Shown: positions 53,430 through 62,480, numbered from the stretch's first letter. The stretch: DNA of 64,000 nt from an uncultured delta proteobacterium (GCA_963840855.1 CAWJBB010000046.1:64001-128000), one strand, 5' to 3'. A program made the numbers and translations. Notes: generated from the letters alone by a model not told the origin.

Positions 53430-54607
53430 ATGGCAGCAGTTTACAAAGTGGGCAAGAAGTGGCGCGCGGACTTTACCGACAAGGAAGGCTTTCGCCACCG
53501 CCAGAGGTTCAAAACGAAGGGGGAGGCGGACGCCTATCTCACCGAGAAAAAGTCGGAGCTTAAAGACGGCACCTATGTTTCACCCAAAGACATACCGACC
53601 TATGGTGCTCTAGCGGATTCGTGGATTGCGGGCAGGATCGAGCAGTCACGGACACCGGGGGCGGGCTATCGGCCGTCAACCCTGGCGCAGTGGCAAACCC
53701 ATGTTGCGCACATGAAAGCGTGTTTTGGCGAAAACAAGAAAGTTAACGACATCGACGCGCAGGCAATTGAAAGGGCAATCGGCAAACTCCGGCTTGCGAA
53801 AGAGCAGGGCGGCCGCGGGCTATCGGTCAAGACCGTGGGCAAGGTGCTTACCACCATGAGCCGGATCTTCAAGTTTGGGATCCGCAATAAATGCGGTATC
53901 CAGACCGATCCGACAAAGCTTATCGAGAAGGTAAAGGACAGTTCTGGCGAGCAGACAGAAACGGGCGAGCGGCTGAATGTCTTACATGAAGTCACGGAAA
54001 AGGAAGTGCTCACGCCCGAGGAAGCCAAGCGCGTGATCTTGGCGGCCAAGCCGGGGCTTTACAGGACTATCATTCAGACAGCGATCTACACCGGCGCAAG
54101 GATCAGCGAGCTCCTGGCGCTAAAATGGCCGGACGTGCACCTTGATGGCAGCGTTATCGACATTCGCCGAAGCGTATCAACGGCAAAGGTGAAAGGGGAG
54201 ATAACGCAAGAAAAGTACCGCTGGTTTGATCCCAAGACGAAGCGCGGGGTTAGAGAAATACCGATCCCCCCGCAGTTAGTCGCGGCGCTCAAGGAATGGA
54301 AAGAGAGGGGTCCGAAGAGCCGGCTTGATTTGGTATTCTGTAACGGGTTTGGCGAACCCTGCGAACGAACCGGAATGGGGCGCTATGGGCTAAAGCCGGC
54401 GCTTAAGCAGGCGGGTATTGATAAGGCGGTTACGCCGCACGGACTGAGACACACCTATGCGTCAATGCTCATTCTGCTCAAGAGACCGATAACGGAAATC
54501 TCTCACTACCTGGGCCACGCGGATGTTTCAATCACGATGCGCATTTCTTGAAGCCGAAGAAACAGGACACGATGAGCGACTTGGAAAGGCTTATCGAGAA
54601 TGGCTAG
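53430..54607 (+). pseudogene. Tyrosine integrase with a frameshift that removes the catalytic Tyr
   Basis: TGARISE, PKTK, HGLRHTYAS, LGHAD; ends ITMRIS* at 54551, while HFLKPKKQ...IENG* continues in another frame to 54607. Confidence 0.9.
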
Positions 54608-54687
54608 CCAAAAGTTCTTTGGCACAGTTAGGCACAGTTTGACACAGAAGGGGAAAAATATAATTGTAAGTAGCTGATATTGCTTAT

Positions 54688-54761
54688 GCCCCCGTAGCTC
54701 AGGTGGATAGAGCACAGGATTCCTAATCCTGGGGCCGCGTGTTCGAGTCACGCCGGGGGCA
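54688..54761 (+). tRNA. tRNA-Arg(CCT), CCA not encoded
   Basis: GCCCCCG...CGGGGGC-A; anticodon loop TTCCTAA; T-loop TTCGAGT. Confidence 0.97.
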
Positions 54762-54784
54762 TTTCTAAGTAATCAAATCTCAAG

Positions 54785-54817
54785 GGGAAAGCTGGAAACA
54801 GCTTTCCCTTTTCTTTT
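54785..54817 (+). terminator. Intrinsic terminator after tRNA-Arg
   Basis: GGGAAAGCTG-GAAA-CAGCTTTCCC followed by a T-tract. Confidence 0.9.
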
Positions 54818-54999
54818 GTCCAAGCGTCCAATGTCTCTAAAATGTCTCTATGGCGGCGCCCGGGCGCCCTTAGGCGGCGGTTTTCGTCGTTTATGGTGCT
54901 CCGGTAGCTACGTGTGGCTAAAACTTTGAGCTTGTCTGAGATACTCGCCAAGGACAACGACACGCCGGCCAACCGCAATGGCGCCGCGGATGGTGGACA

Positions 55000-55239
55000 A
55001 TGACAAATATTGAATTCGCTCAAGCATGGACACGCAAGCTTGAAGCGTTGGGAATCGTCCTGAATAACGGCATCGTGCTGACCGGCCCGGCAAGGTTCGT
55101 CGAGCGCCCGCTTCATCCACACCCGAGCCGTGGAAGGAAGAAAATTCACGCTTCTGGCTACGCGAGACTCAAAGCACACCGGTGGAGAAAGTCAGGCATC
55201 CGGATAAAGGTCACGGATGATAACGAAATAGGTTTGTAA
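55000..55239 (+). CDS. Small basic hypothetical protein
   Basis: 79-aa ORF with GGTGGA RBS-like site. Confidence 0.45.
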   Translation: MTNIEFAQAWTRKLEALGIVLNNGIVLTGPARFVERPLHPHPSRGRKKIHASGYARLKAHRWRKSGIRIKVTDDNEIGL

Positions 55240-55703
55240 CTACCGAGATTGAAAGGAGAAAAAAGGGCCATTTTTCGCGTATGGCTATAACACCATTAAC
55301 CGGGGATTTTCGTTATCATTGAGGGCTCAACTGGCCACCATAGCTTAGTAGGACACAAATGGGCTTCTCCCGGAAGCATCAAAATTGCGGCGATGAATAT
55401 CAGACCGGTAAAGGTACCAGGCCATGAGCCTTTCGAAACGATCAGGGAAAAAATCCAGAATTGACGGCATTTAGGGAAAGATCGCCGAAGCGCCGTCCAG
55501 GTTTCATTTCGTTTATTTCCCTCTTGCCCTTCAAAGCTGTCAATCGAATGTCACCCATTGTCAAGACAAGCACGGCCGTTTAAAATGATTATTTCGGAAC
55601 CATGACCCAAGCAGATGCAAAAGAGGCACTAGAGAGATTTAACCGGGTACAGGGGGCATGAGCAGGAAGAAAATAGGTCCGAAATGGAGGAGAAAGGAAT
55701 CTA

Positions 55704-56765
55704 ATGAAGATATTCTTGGGTTTGGGTTTGGCGGCGGCGGTATTCCTAGCGAGCAGCGCCGGGGCAGCAGAGATTCCTCACAAGTTCAGGATTTTGGATA
55801 TTAAGATACCGGGGCAGGCTTGGCCCCGCGCAGCCCTGGTAGATATTAACAAGTGGGGCAAAGTGCTTGCCCACACGCCAATGTTAAACGGCGACACGGT
55901 GAGCATTTTGAGCGACGGCAAGACATCACACAAGCCTTTCGGCTGTAAGAAAGAAGCGGGCGAGACTCTAAGTTATACCTACGCAACAGCTTTGAATGAT
56001 AAGAACTATTCGGTAGGTAATTGTTATCTCTGGAATCCTACAACGGAAAGCTATCGGACGATTGCATTTCTGGCGACTCCGACAGGCCGGATAGTGGATC
56101 TGACGAGTCTCAATGTCGCGTACCAAGCTTTTAGCTTTTTACAACCACAAGGCATGAGTCCCGGCAGCCAATACATTACGGGGAATTTTTATAACGGCGT
56201 GGACTCATTTCCACATTGCTTCTTGATCGACAGAGTTGCGGGATCTTTTACCGACATCGCTTTTCCATCTCCGATACCGACGGCAGACGTGAATAGCAAC
56301 TGCGTTGGCGTCAATAAATTCGGACAGGTTCTTGGGGAATATGTCGCTAATGACCTAGCGACAAACGAGAGCTTGGAACACGGCTTTTTCCTATGGGACA
56401 AAGGCGTTTTTTCAATTCCATTGCCCTTGAGCCACGATATTGATGGCGGGCCATACACTATCGCTTATGACATAGAAGGGGATACTGACGCCCTTCTAGG
56501 ACTTTACAATGGCAACGACGGCACAGGGTATGCGGTTTTCTTCTTCGATGACGGGGTTAGCTACGGCATCGCCGAGCCCGCTAATTGGGCCGTAAATGAT
56601 CTTGGCGGCATGAGCACTCGGGGAACATTCGTCGGCAATGTCACAATTTTCAAAGGGCTAGATAAATTTTGTATGGAAGTTGTTGGCGACCCGGATTATT
56701 GCGCCATTGAAGAAAGCCACGGGTTTGTCGCCACGCCGGCGCCTATCAAGGTCGCTTCAAAGTGA
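55704..56765 (+). CDS. Secreted beta-repeat protein (HAF-repeat-like)
   Basis: Signal peptide; repeats DINKWGKV, ALNDKNYSVG, GVNKFGQVLG, HGF. Confidence 0.75.
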   Translation: MKIFLGLGLAAAVFLASSAGAAEIPHKFRILDIKIPGQAWPRAALVDINKWGKVLAHTPMLNGDTVSILSDGKTSHKPFGCKKEAGETLSYTYATALNDKNYSVGNCYLWNPTTESYRTIAFLATPTGRIVDLTSLNVAYQAFSFLQPQGMSPGSQYITGNFYNGVDSFPHCFLIDRVAGSFTDIAFPSPIPTADVNSNCVGVNKFGQVLGEYVANDLATNESLEHGFFLWDKGVFSIPLPLSHDIDGGPYTIAYDIEGDTDALLGLYNGNDGTGYAVFFFDDGVSYGIAEPANWAVNDLGGMSTRGTFVGNVTIFKGLDKFCMEVVGDPDYCAIEESHGFVATPAPIKVASK

Positions 56766-56902
56766 AGCTGCGAGGCCAGTTCGAGACAATAGGTGAAAAC
56801 GCAATCGAGTTTTTCAACAGGGTTTCAAGGAGTGGCTAATCGTGAGTAAAATCGTTCATATAAGGCGTAAAGCTTGGAACCCGCAAAACCAAAGGAGAAC
56901 CT

Positions 56903-57280
56903 ATGGCAGACGGACCGGGCGGTAGATTCACGAAGGGTCATAAACTTGCCAAAGGCGGGCTAAGGGATCCGCCTGGAGGCAGGCCAACCAAGGCGGAAGT
57001 GGCGCGCCGAGAATCGCTCAAGGAGGTTCTAGAACGTCTACGCGAGGAAGAGGCGAACACGTTAGCGGCCAGATACTACGAGATGGCCAAAGATGATCCG
57101 GCGACCATGCGGCACGCGGTTGACAAGGTTTTGCCCAACGCAAAGCAAGAGATAGGCGTTACCGGCGATGTCAACGTGGGCCTCAACCGCGAATCGATCA
57201 TCGCCTTGATGGCGACCAAGGAAGGGCGCGAGGCTGCATTGGCTATCACTAAGGCGCTGGCGGGGCAATCTAAGCCGTAA
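56903..57280 (+). CDS. Terminase small subunit-like protein, paralog of 52357-52659
   Basis: RFTKGHKLAKGGLRDPPGGRPT versus KFQRGNKLAAGGRRDPAGGRPT; PNAKQEI versus PDAKKEI. Confidence 0.6.
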   Translation: MADGPGGRFTKGHKLAKGGLRDPPGGRPTKAEVARRESLKEVLERLREEEANTLAARYYEMAKDDPATMRHAVDKVLPNAKQEIGVTGDVNVGLNRESIIALMATKEGREAALAITKALAGQSKP

Positions 57281-57388
57281 TGGAACCCGCCCAACGTTTA
57301 CCATACCGGCAATTATTAAAGCGGCGGCGGCAGAACGGCGAATGCTTCGAGTGCTTTTGCGGCAGTGGGCGGAGCAAGTGAAAAAAGT

Positions 57389-57607
57389 CTACTCTCTTAC
57401 TCGAAGGCAAGCAGTAGTAGAAGTGGTAGTAGCGCAAATCCATACGCGACCAGTCCAGTTGTCCATAACGTAAACCCCCGTATGACCCTCCGGGGTTATG
57501 ACGGCGGCCGTCATTCGATAACGAAAATCCAACGCAATAAGAAAAAGCATAATAATCGCTAAAGCCAAGACGAGCGCCTTCAATCTATCCAAAAGTTTTT
57601 CCTCCAT
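57389..57607 (-). CDS. Small membrane protein
   Basis: One TM helix plus MDNWTGRVWIC. Confidence 0.6.
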   Translation of the reverse strand: MEEKLLDRLKALVLALAIIMLFLIALDFRYRMTAAVITPEGHTGVYVMDNWTGRVWICATTTSTTACLRVRE

Positions 57608-57671
57608 GCCATACTCTCTTCAAAACATCTATTATTTGGACGCCCATTTTGTCCATGCTCTAAGCGCCTCT

Positions 57672-57884
57672 TCAATCGCCTTTGTGTCGCCGGTAGAGTG
57701 TTAGCCAGACGAGCCCGCAGATGATCCAGATTGCAAGCACAATGCTGACTTTCTCGACAATCCGGATCACAACGATCCCAGCTCCATACATCCGAACTTC
57801 AAGACCATCGGGCCAACCGACCATCAGAGTGACGATCGAAAGCAATCCGCCTACCCACAAAATTATCAGCTGGCCCCGTTTCAT
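57672..57884 (-). CDS. Small two-TM membrane protein
   Basis: Two hydrophobic helices. Confidence 0.6.
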   Translation of the reverse strand: MKRGQLIILWVGGLLSIVTLMVGWPDGLEVRMYGAGIVVIRIVEKVSIVLAIWIICGLVWLTLYRRHKGD

Positions 57885-57995
57885 CTAGAAGGCCGAGATG
57901 ATTTCCACTGTTCCGACGAACAAATGTTTCATTTTGTAATCTTGCCCACTGGGCTGCGTGCGCCTTAACCGATGGCACGCGCGACGGACGGCAGA

Positions 57996-58412
57996 TCAAA
58001 CGTCGTCATCGTGCCTCCATTCATCGTAGAGTCGGGCTCGCTCGTCTCTGGCCTTATCGATGCAGCGCAATACGATAGCGGCGCAAAGCCAGTAAAGTAC
58101 CGCCGCAAGTATACATCCGATGACCCCCGCTTCCTTACCGAATATTATGCCCACGAGGAAGCCGAGCATGAAAACTACAAAAACCCCAACGACGATCTCT
58201 CCCGAGAAGTGTGCGTCCGGTTCGAAGCGATCATCCAGATTGTGATATTTCTCTCTGAGCTTGATCCGCTCTTGCGCGCTGAGGTATCCAAAACGAATAA
58301 GCCGGCGCCGATCAAACTCACCTCTAAGGTGTCGTTGTTCCAGATCCGCCTTTTCTTCTTGCGTTAGTTCAGACCACGGTTTCATATGCCAGAATCTCCC
58401 AAGGGAGATCAT
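57996..58412 (-). CDS. Two-TM membrane protein
   Basis: GGAGG RBS; central hydrophobic hairpin. Confidence 0.6.
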   Translation of the reverse strand: MISLGRFWHMKPWSELTQEEKADLEQRHLRGEFDRRRLIRFGYLSAQERIKLREKYHNLDDRFEPDAHFSGEIVVGVFVVFMLGFLVGIIFGKEAGVIGCILAAVLYWLCAAIVLRCIDKARDERARLYDEWRHDDDV

Positions 58413-58536
58413 TCACGACTGTCTAACACCTCCATGAATAGCCGGGTCGCATTCTCGCGCAGGAAAGCAATCCCCGTCAAACGCATTTTTCGTTGCTTTT
58501 CCAGCCCAAATCCTTACATTGGGGAAGTGCATTCCT

Positions 58537-58632
58537 GGGGTCTAGGCTGATCACCGAAACGGCCCGGAGATTCTCACACGCCGGGCCTGGCCTCTTTCTC
58601 TGCCAAAGGTGTGAGAGAAACAGTGTGAGAGG
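58537..58632 (+). ncRNA. Structured leader RNA with downstream target repeats (element C)
   Basis: GGGGTC/GGCCTC, GGCCCGG/CCGGGCC; loop TCTCACAC complements GTGTGAGA at 58609-58616 and 58623-58630. Confidence 0.65.
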
Positions 58633-58896
58633 ATGTCAAAACCTCCAAGCAAAGCGACCAAGCGTCGCACTCGAAAACCGCTCGATGCAAGCGAGTTCTC
58701 AGACCGCCAACTATTGATCCATTGGGGCCGTGTTCTACAGAGCCAGCAACTGTGGCTCGCGCAAATTATTCAAAGCCTCGGCGCACCGCTACTGCCAGGT
58801 ATACCCGAACGGCTCCGCCAGAACCTGTCTCGTGAACACTTGAGAGCTTGGCTGAATGATGGGGTTTCCGCTGAACTTAATCAGTGGGCTGCTTAA
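58633..58896 (+). CDS. Small hypothetical protein directly after the leader RNA
   Basis: ATG is 2 nt after the second target repeat; may be a frameshifted N-terminus of the next ORF. Confidence 0.5.
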   Translation: MSKPPSKATKRRTRKPLDASEFSDRQLLIHWGRVLQSQQLWLAQIIQSLGAPLLPGIPERLRQNLSREHLRAWLNDGVSAELNQWAA

Positions 58897-59647
58897 GGCA
58901 TCTAACGAAGAAAGTTCAGTCAGGAAAGAGATAGCGGGAAGGCTGACAGGTGCGGTCGTGTCCAGATTGATCGATGTCCGCGGCGAGAAGGTCGGAAGGA
59001 GCGATAGCTTGCCGGATAACCTAAGAGAGATACGGCGGGCCTTCATGGTAGACAGGATTAAGGCAAAGCAATCCATACCTGATGATGAGGATGCCAGGAG
59101 CGATGTGTTTCTCGACGCCTGGACTGAGCTTAATCGACAGGCTGAGTCGATAATAAAAACTTCATGGCCCTTGCCGACAGCAGAAAGCGCCTTTGAAGCT
59201 GACTTATATGAGCGATGGCAAACAGACGTGCTATCGGCCTTGAAAAACCGCTGGATTGCTTTCCTTCCAATCTTGGTGGAACGAGAAGCGGTAAACTACA
59301 TGCCAGCAAGAATCAAGATGGATCAAATCGACAGGGCACGGTCTAAGGCAGCAAAGAAACGGAAAGGCATCGAAGTCGAGTATGATGAGACATTACACGA
59401 GGAGCCTTTGATGCCTGCCGGCGATAATTCAGAAGAAACCAAGCTCTTAGAATCAGAAGGTGTACGAAAACGGCTAAAAAAACTGGATGAGGCGGCAGAT
59501 AGATATGCCCCAGAAACGGGCCGAGCTATTCGATTGATTTTAAGAGAAGGTTATAGCCAAAAAAGAGCAGCCGAAGCTGAAGGCATCCCAGAATCTACCT
59601 TGAGTGAGAGGATCATAAGAGAAGAAATCGAAAAAAGTGACCTCTAA
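58856..59647 (+). CDS. Regulator with C-terminal HTH (sigma region 4/Psq-like)
   Basis: EGYSQKRAAEAEGIPESTLSERI. Confidence 0.65.
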   Translation: MMGFPLNLISGLLKASNEESSVRKEIAGRLTGAVVSRLIDVRGEKVGRSDSLPDNLREIRRAFMVDRIKAKQSIPDDEDARSDVFLDAWTELNRQAESIIKTSWPLPTAESAFEADLYERWQTDVLSALKNRWIAFLPILVEREAVNYMPARIKMDQIDRARSKAAKKRKGIEVEYDETLHEEPLMPAGDNSEETKLLESEGVRKRLKKLDEAADRYAPETGRAIRLILREGYSQKRAAEAEGIPESTLSERIIREEIEKSDL

Positions 59648-59760
59648 CCCGTCCCATCAATCTTTTTCTCTGCCTATAAATCCTTCTTAAATCAATCGGT
59701 TATCCTAGCACCGGATTTCCCCTTCTGTTTTTCGAGTATCTATATCAGGAGGAGAAATTC

Positions 59761-59961
59761 ATGCTTGTCATTGAAATCGACCCGGCCGGAGGACAAATCG
59801 CTCAAGTGTTCGTGCGAGCGGCCAGCGTTGAAGCCGAGGATGCCGCGCTTCGCGCTTGGCAGAGCGTTAGGCCACTCGTCGACGCCATCGACCTTAAGTT
59901 GAGGCAAGACAACTCGCCGCGAACTATTACGGCTTCCCGGCCACTGGAGGCCGGGTTGTGA
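59761..59961 (+). CDS. Small hypothetical protein
   Basis: AGGAGG RBS; GTGA overlap with rep. Confidence 0.6.
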   Translation: MLVIEIDPAGGQIAQVFVRAASVEAEDAALRAWQSVRPLVDAIDLKLRQDNSPRTITASRPLEAGL

Positions 59962-60737
59962 GCGTAAAAATCATGGCTAAAGTCTGGGCAAGTTCACACC
60001 GCAAGGACGGCGAGCTTCTTGTCATGCTTGCCCTGGCGGACTTTTCAAACGATGCCGGCGAGAGCTGGCCGTCAATCCCGACGCTCGCGCAGAAGGCTCG
60101 ACTAACTGAGCGGCAAACACGACGCGTCTTAAGGAAACTCGAAGAAGCTGGAGAGATCCGCCGAGTAAAGAGCAACGGCGGCCGGAATCGGCGGAATCAC
60201 TACTTCATTACCCTCACTGAAAACCCTGATAATATTACAGGGAAAGAATTACAGGGTAAAAATAACCCTGTTATTGGCGACACTAAACCCCTGACGCCCA
60301 TGTCAGGGGCATTAAACCATCATAGAACCGTCAATAAGAGCGGCGCTAAAGCGCCTTGTGATTCTTCTCCATCCCGAAGGGAAAGAAAGAATACCCGCGG
60401 CGCCAGCATCCCGCCCGAGCTTCAAGCCGCCGTTTCCCGCATCGTCGCCAAAATCAACGAACTGGGTGGCACTCGCTACCATGACGACAGCCCGGACGCT
60501 CTCCACAATTTGATTGCCCGTTTGCGCGATGGCCGGACCGAGGCCGAGTGCCTGGCCGTGGTAGAAGGCCGCCACGCGGCATGGGCGGACAAAAAAGAGA
60601 TGCAAGAGTATTTCCGCCCGAGCACGCTATTTGCCGCGGTGCACTTCGAGGATTATTTGCAGGCCGCGCAGAGACAGAGCAACGGCGCCGCCGAATCCAA
60701 CCCCGAACGGCGAAAGGAACTTTTTATCAATGCCTGA
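59958..60737 (+). CDS. Phage-type replication initiator with internal origin and conserved phage C-terminal domain
   Basis: LVMLALADFSNDAGESWPSIPTLA; CCCTG/CAGGG repeats at 60220-60309; YFRPSTLFAAVHFEDYL. Confidence 0.88.
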   Translation: MSVKIMAKVWASSHRKDGELLVMLALADFSNDAGESWPSIPTLAQKARLTERQTRRVLRKLEEAGEIRRVKSNGGRNRRNHYFITLTENPDNITGKELQGKNNPVIGDTKPLTPMSGALNHHRTVNKSGAKAPCDSSPSRRERKNTRGASIPPELQAAVSRIVAKINELGGTRYHDDSPDALHNLIARLRDGRTEAECLAVVEGRHAAWADKKEMQEYFRPSTLFAAVHFEDYLQAAQRQSNGAAESNPERRKELFINA

Positions 60738-61602
60738 GAAGACTGCCCTGGAATACGTGGCGATGGCCGATGCCGTGCGCGATTTCGCCAAAGGCATGGA
60801 CGCGCAGACCGAAGACGACTTTTTCCCTACCGGGTTTCGGTCGCATGATTTAGCCCTCGGGCGGCTGCGCCGCGGATCCCTGACTTTTGTTGGCGCCAGG
60901 ACATCGATGGGGAAAACCGCCCTCATGCTCAATATGGCGCTGGCGCAGATGAAAGCGGGCGTACAAGTCTATTTCTTCACGCTCGAGATGCCGCGAAACG
61001 ATATGATTGCCCGCCTTGTGAGTATCGCAACCGGCATTCCCCTTTTGGATATCCTGCAAAATCGTGTTGACGAGAAACAGGTACGCGAGATCGGCGGCGC
61101 CCTACCGATTCTATCGCCGCTTCCTGGGAATTGGACCGAAGAGGGAAACCTAAAACGAATCGGCGAACTGTTCAGCCGGATTGAACCGAAGAGCAGAAGC
61201 ATCGTTTACGTCGACTTCCTGGGGCTTGTGCAAGTATCGGGACTAGACGCAACGCAGCAATACGCTGTGACGACCGAAGCCGGGTTATCGCTGAAGCGCG
61301 CCGCGATGGGGCTTCAGATTCCCGTGGTGGCCGGGGTGCAATTGAATCGCCAAGTCGAAGCCCGAAAAGAAAAGCATCCGCTTTTGTCAGACTTCAGGGA
61401 TAGCGGCCGGCTCGAAGAGATTGGCGATGTCTGCCTTGGGCTCTATCGCCCGGGCTTTTATGACAAGAACGCAGACACGGAGCTTCAGGTTTTTTGCCTG
61501 AAGAACCGTAACGGCCCGCGCGTCAACTATGTTTTGGAATGGTACGGACCATGCGCCAGGGCGACAGAGAAGCACAAACTGTCATGGCCGGAGGTTGCGT
61601 AG
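60730..61602 (+). CDS. DnaB-like helicase (C-terminal domain)
   Basis: ARTSMGKT, LEM, VDFLGL, QLNR, DFRDSG, KNRNGP. Confidence 0.92.
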   Translation: MPEKTALEYVAMADAVRDFAKGMDAQTEDDFFPTGFRSHDLALGRLRRGSLTFVGARTSMGKTALMLNMALAQMKAGVQVYFFTLEMPRNDMIARLVSIATGIPLLDILQNRVDEKQVREIGGALPILSPLPGNWTEEGNLKRIGELFSRIEPKSRSIVYVDFLGLVQVSGLDATQQYAVTTEAGLSLKRAAMGLQIPVVAGVQLNRQVEARKEKHPLLSDFRDSGRLEEIGDVCLGLYRPGFYDKNADTELQVFCLKNRNGPRVNYVLEWYGPCARATEKHKLSWPEVA

Positions 61603-61606
61603 GTCG

Positions 61607-62359
61607 ATGCAATTCCAGGCGCCATACTCTCTTGTGCCTTTCGGTGAGCTTGCCTTACGCTTTCATCCGGACCACCTAGCCGACTTGCGGGCGTCGGGCT
61701 TGAGCGATGACACGATCCGGGCGGCCGGCGTGTATTCGATTCGCCCGCGCGACATCGCATTGTTTTTCAATTTGCGCCGCGGTGTCCCCTCTGAGATTGA
61801 AAGCGCTCTTTGTTTTCCGTACCAGGGCAGCGACTTCGCCCGACTGAAACTTTTTCCGCCAGTCGGAAAAATGAAATACTCGCAACCGCCAAAGACCGGC
61901 GCGCGTTTATACATGCCGTTTAAAATCGGCGACGGTCCCCTCTACGTTTGCGAAGGCGAGAAAAAAACCCTCGCGGCGTATCAGGCTGGGCTCAACGCAG
62001 GTGGCATCGGCGGCGTCTGGAATTGGCTAAGCGCCGGGCAACCTATCGACGATTTACGGTTGATTGACTGGGACGGGCGCGAAGTAACGCTGATTCCTGA
62101 TTCCGATGTATTCAACCGCCCGGACTTGCTTCGCGCCGTCTACGCCTTAGGGCGCGAGCTGCAATCCCAAAGCGCCCGCGTTTATGTTGCGCAGATCCCA
62201 CAAACCGGCTCGGCAAAAGTCGGGTTTGATGACTACTTAGTTTCGGGCGGCAAGGTTAATACCCTTGAAGTCTTTTCCTTGAGCCACAGCATTTTCAGGC
62301 GGCTTAGTTTTTGGCACAGCGAATGGAAATTCAAGAGAGCGCTAAGAGAGGCGGCATGA
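61607..62359 (+). CDS. DUF3854/TOPRIM primase-like protein, close paralog of 51003-51755
   Basis: HPDHLADLRASGL, KYSQPPKTGARLY, CEGEKK, PDSD. Confidence 0.88.
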   Translation: MQFQAPYSLVPFGELALRFHPDHLADLRASGLSDDTIRAAGVYSIRPRDIALFFNLRRGVPSEIESALCFPYQGSDFARLKLFPPVGKMKYSQPPKTGARLYMPFKIGDGPLYVCEGEKKTLAAYQAGLNAGGIGGVWNWLSAGQPIDDLRLIDWDGREVTLIPDSDVFNRPDLLRAVYALGRELQSQSARVYVAQIPQTGSAKVGFDDYLVSGGKVNTLEVFSLSHSIFRRLSFWHSEWKFKRALREAA

Positions 62360-62480
62360 TGGCGGCGGGGAATCGTAGAGACACCATAGAGACACAGGTC
62401 AAAAAGGCCAATGAAAACGCGGGCACAAAGCAGGGCGCAATATAAGCAATCCTGGGGCATTCGACGCGGGCGGGCGTGAA

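Larger units (their letters stand above)
35372..54726. mobile_element. Island B: tyrosine-integrase, satellite-like element upstream of tRNA-Arg(CCT)
   Basis: 42-bp direct repeats; integrase and xis next to the right att; replication module; no capsid or tail genes. Confidence 0.9.

Noticed and set aside
58547-58560. Hammerhead ribozyme (CTGATCA...CGAAAC)
   Set aside because: The core is CUGAUCA rather than CUGAnGA, stem II is absent, and the homologous leader in B lacks the motif.
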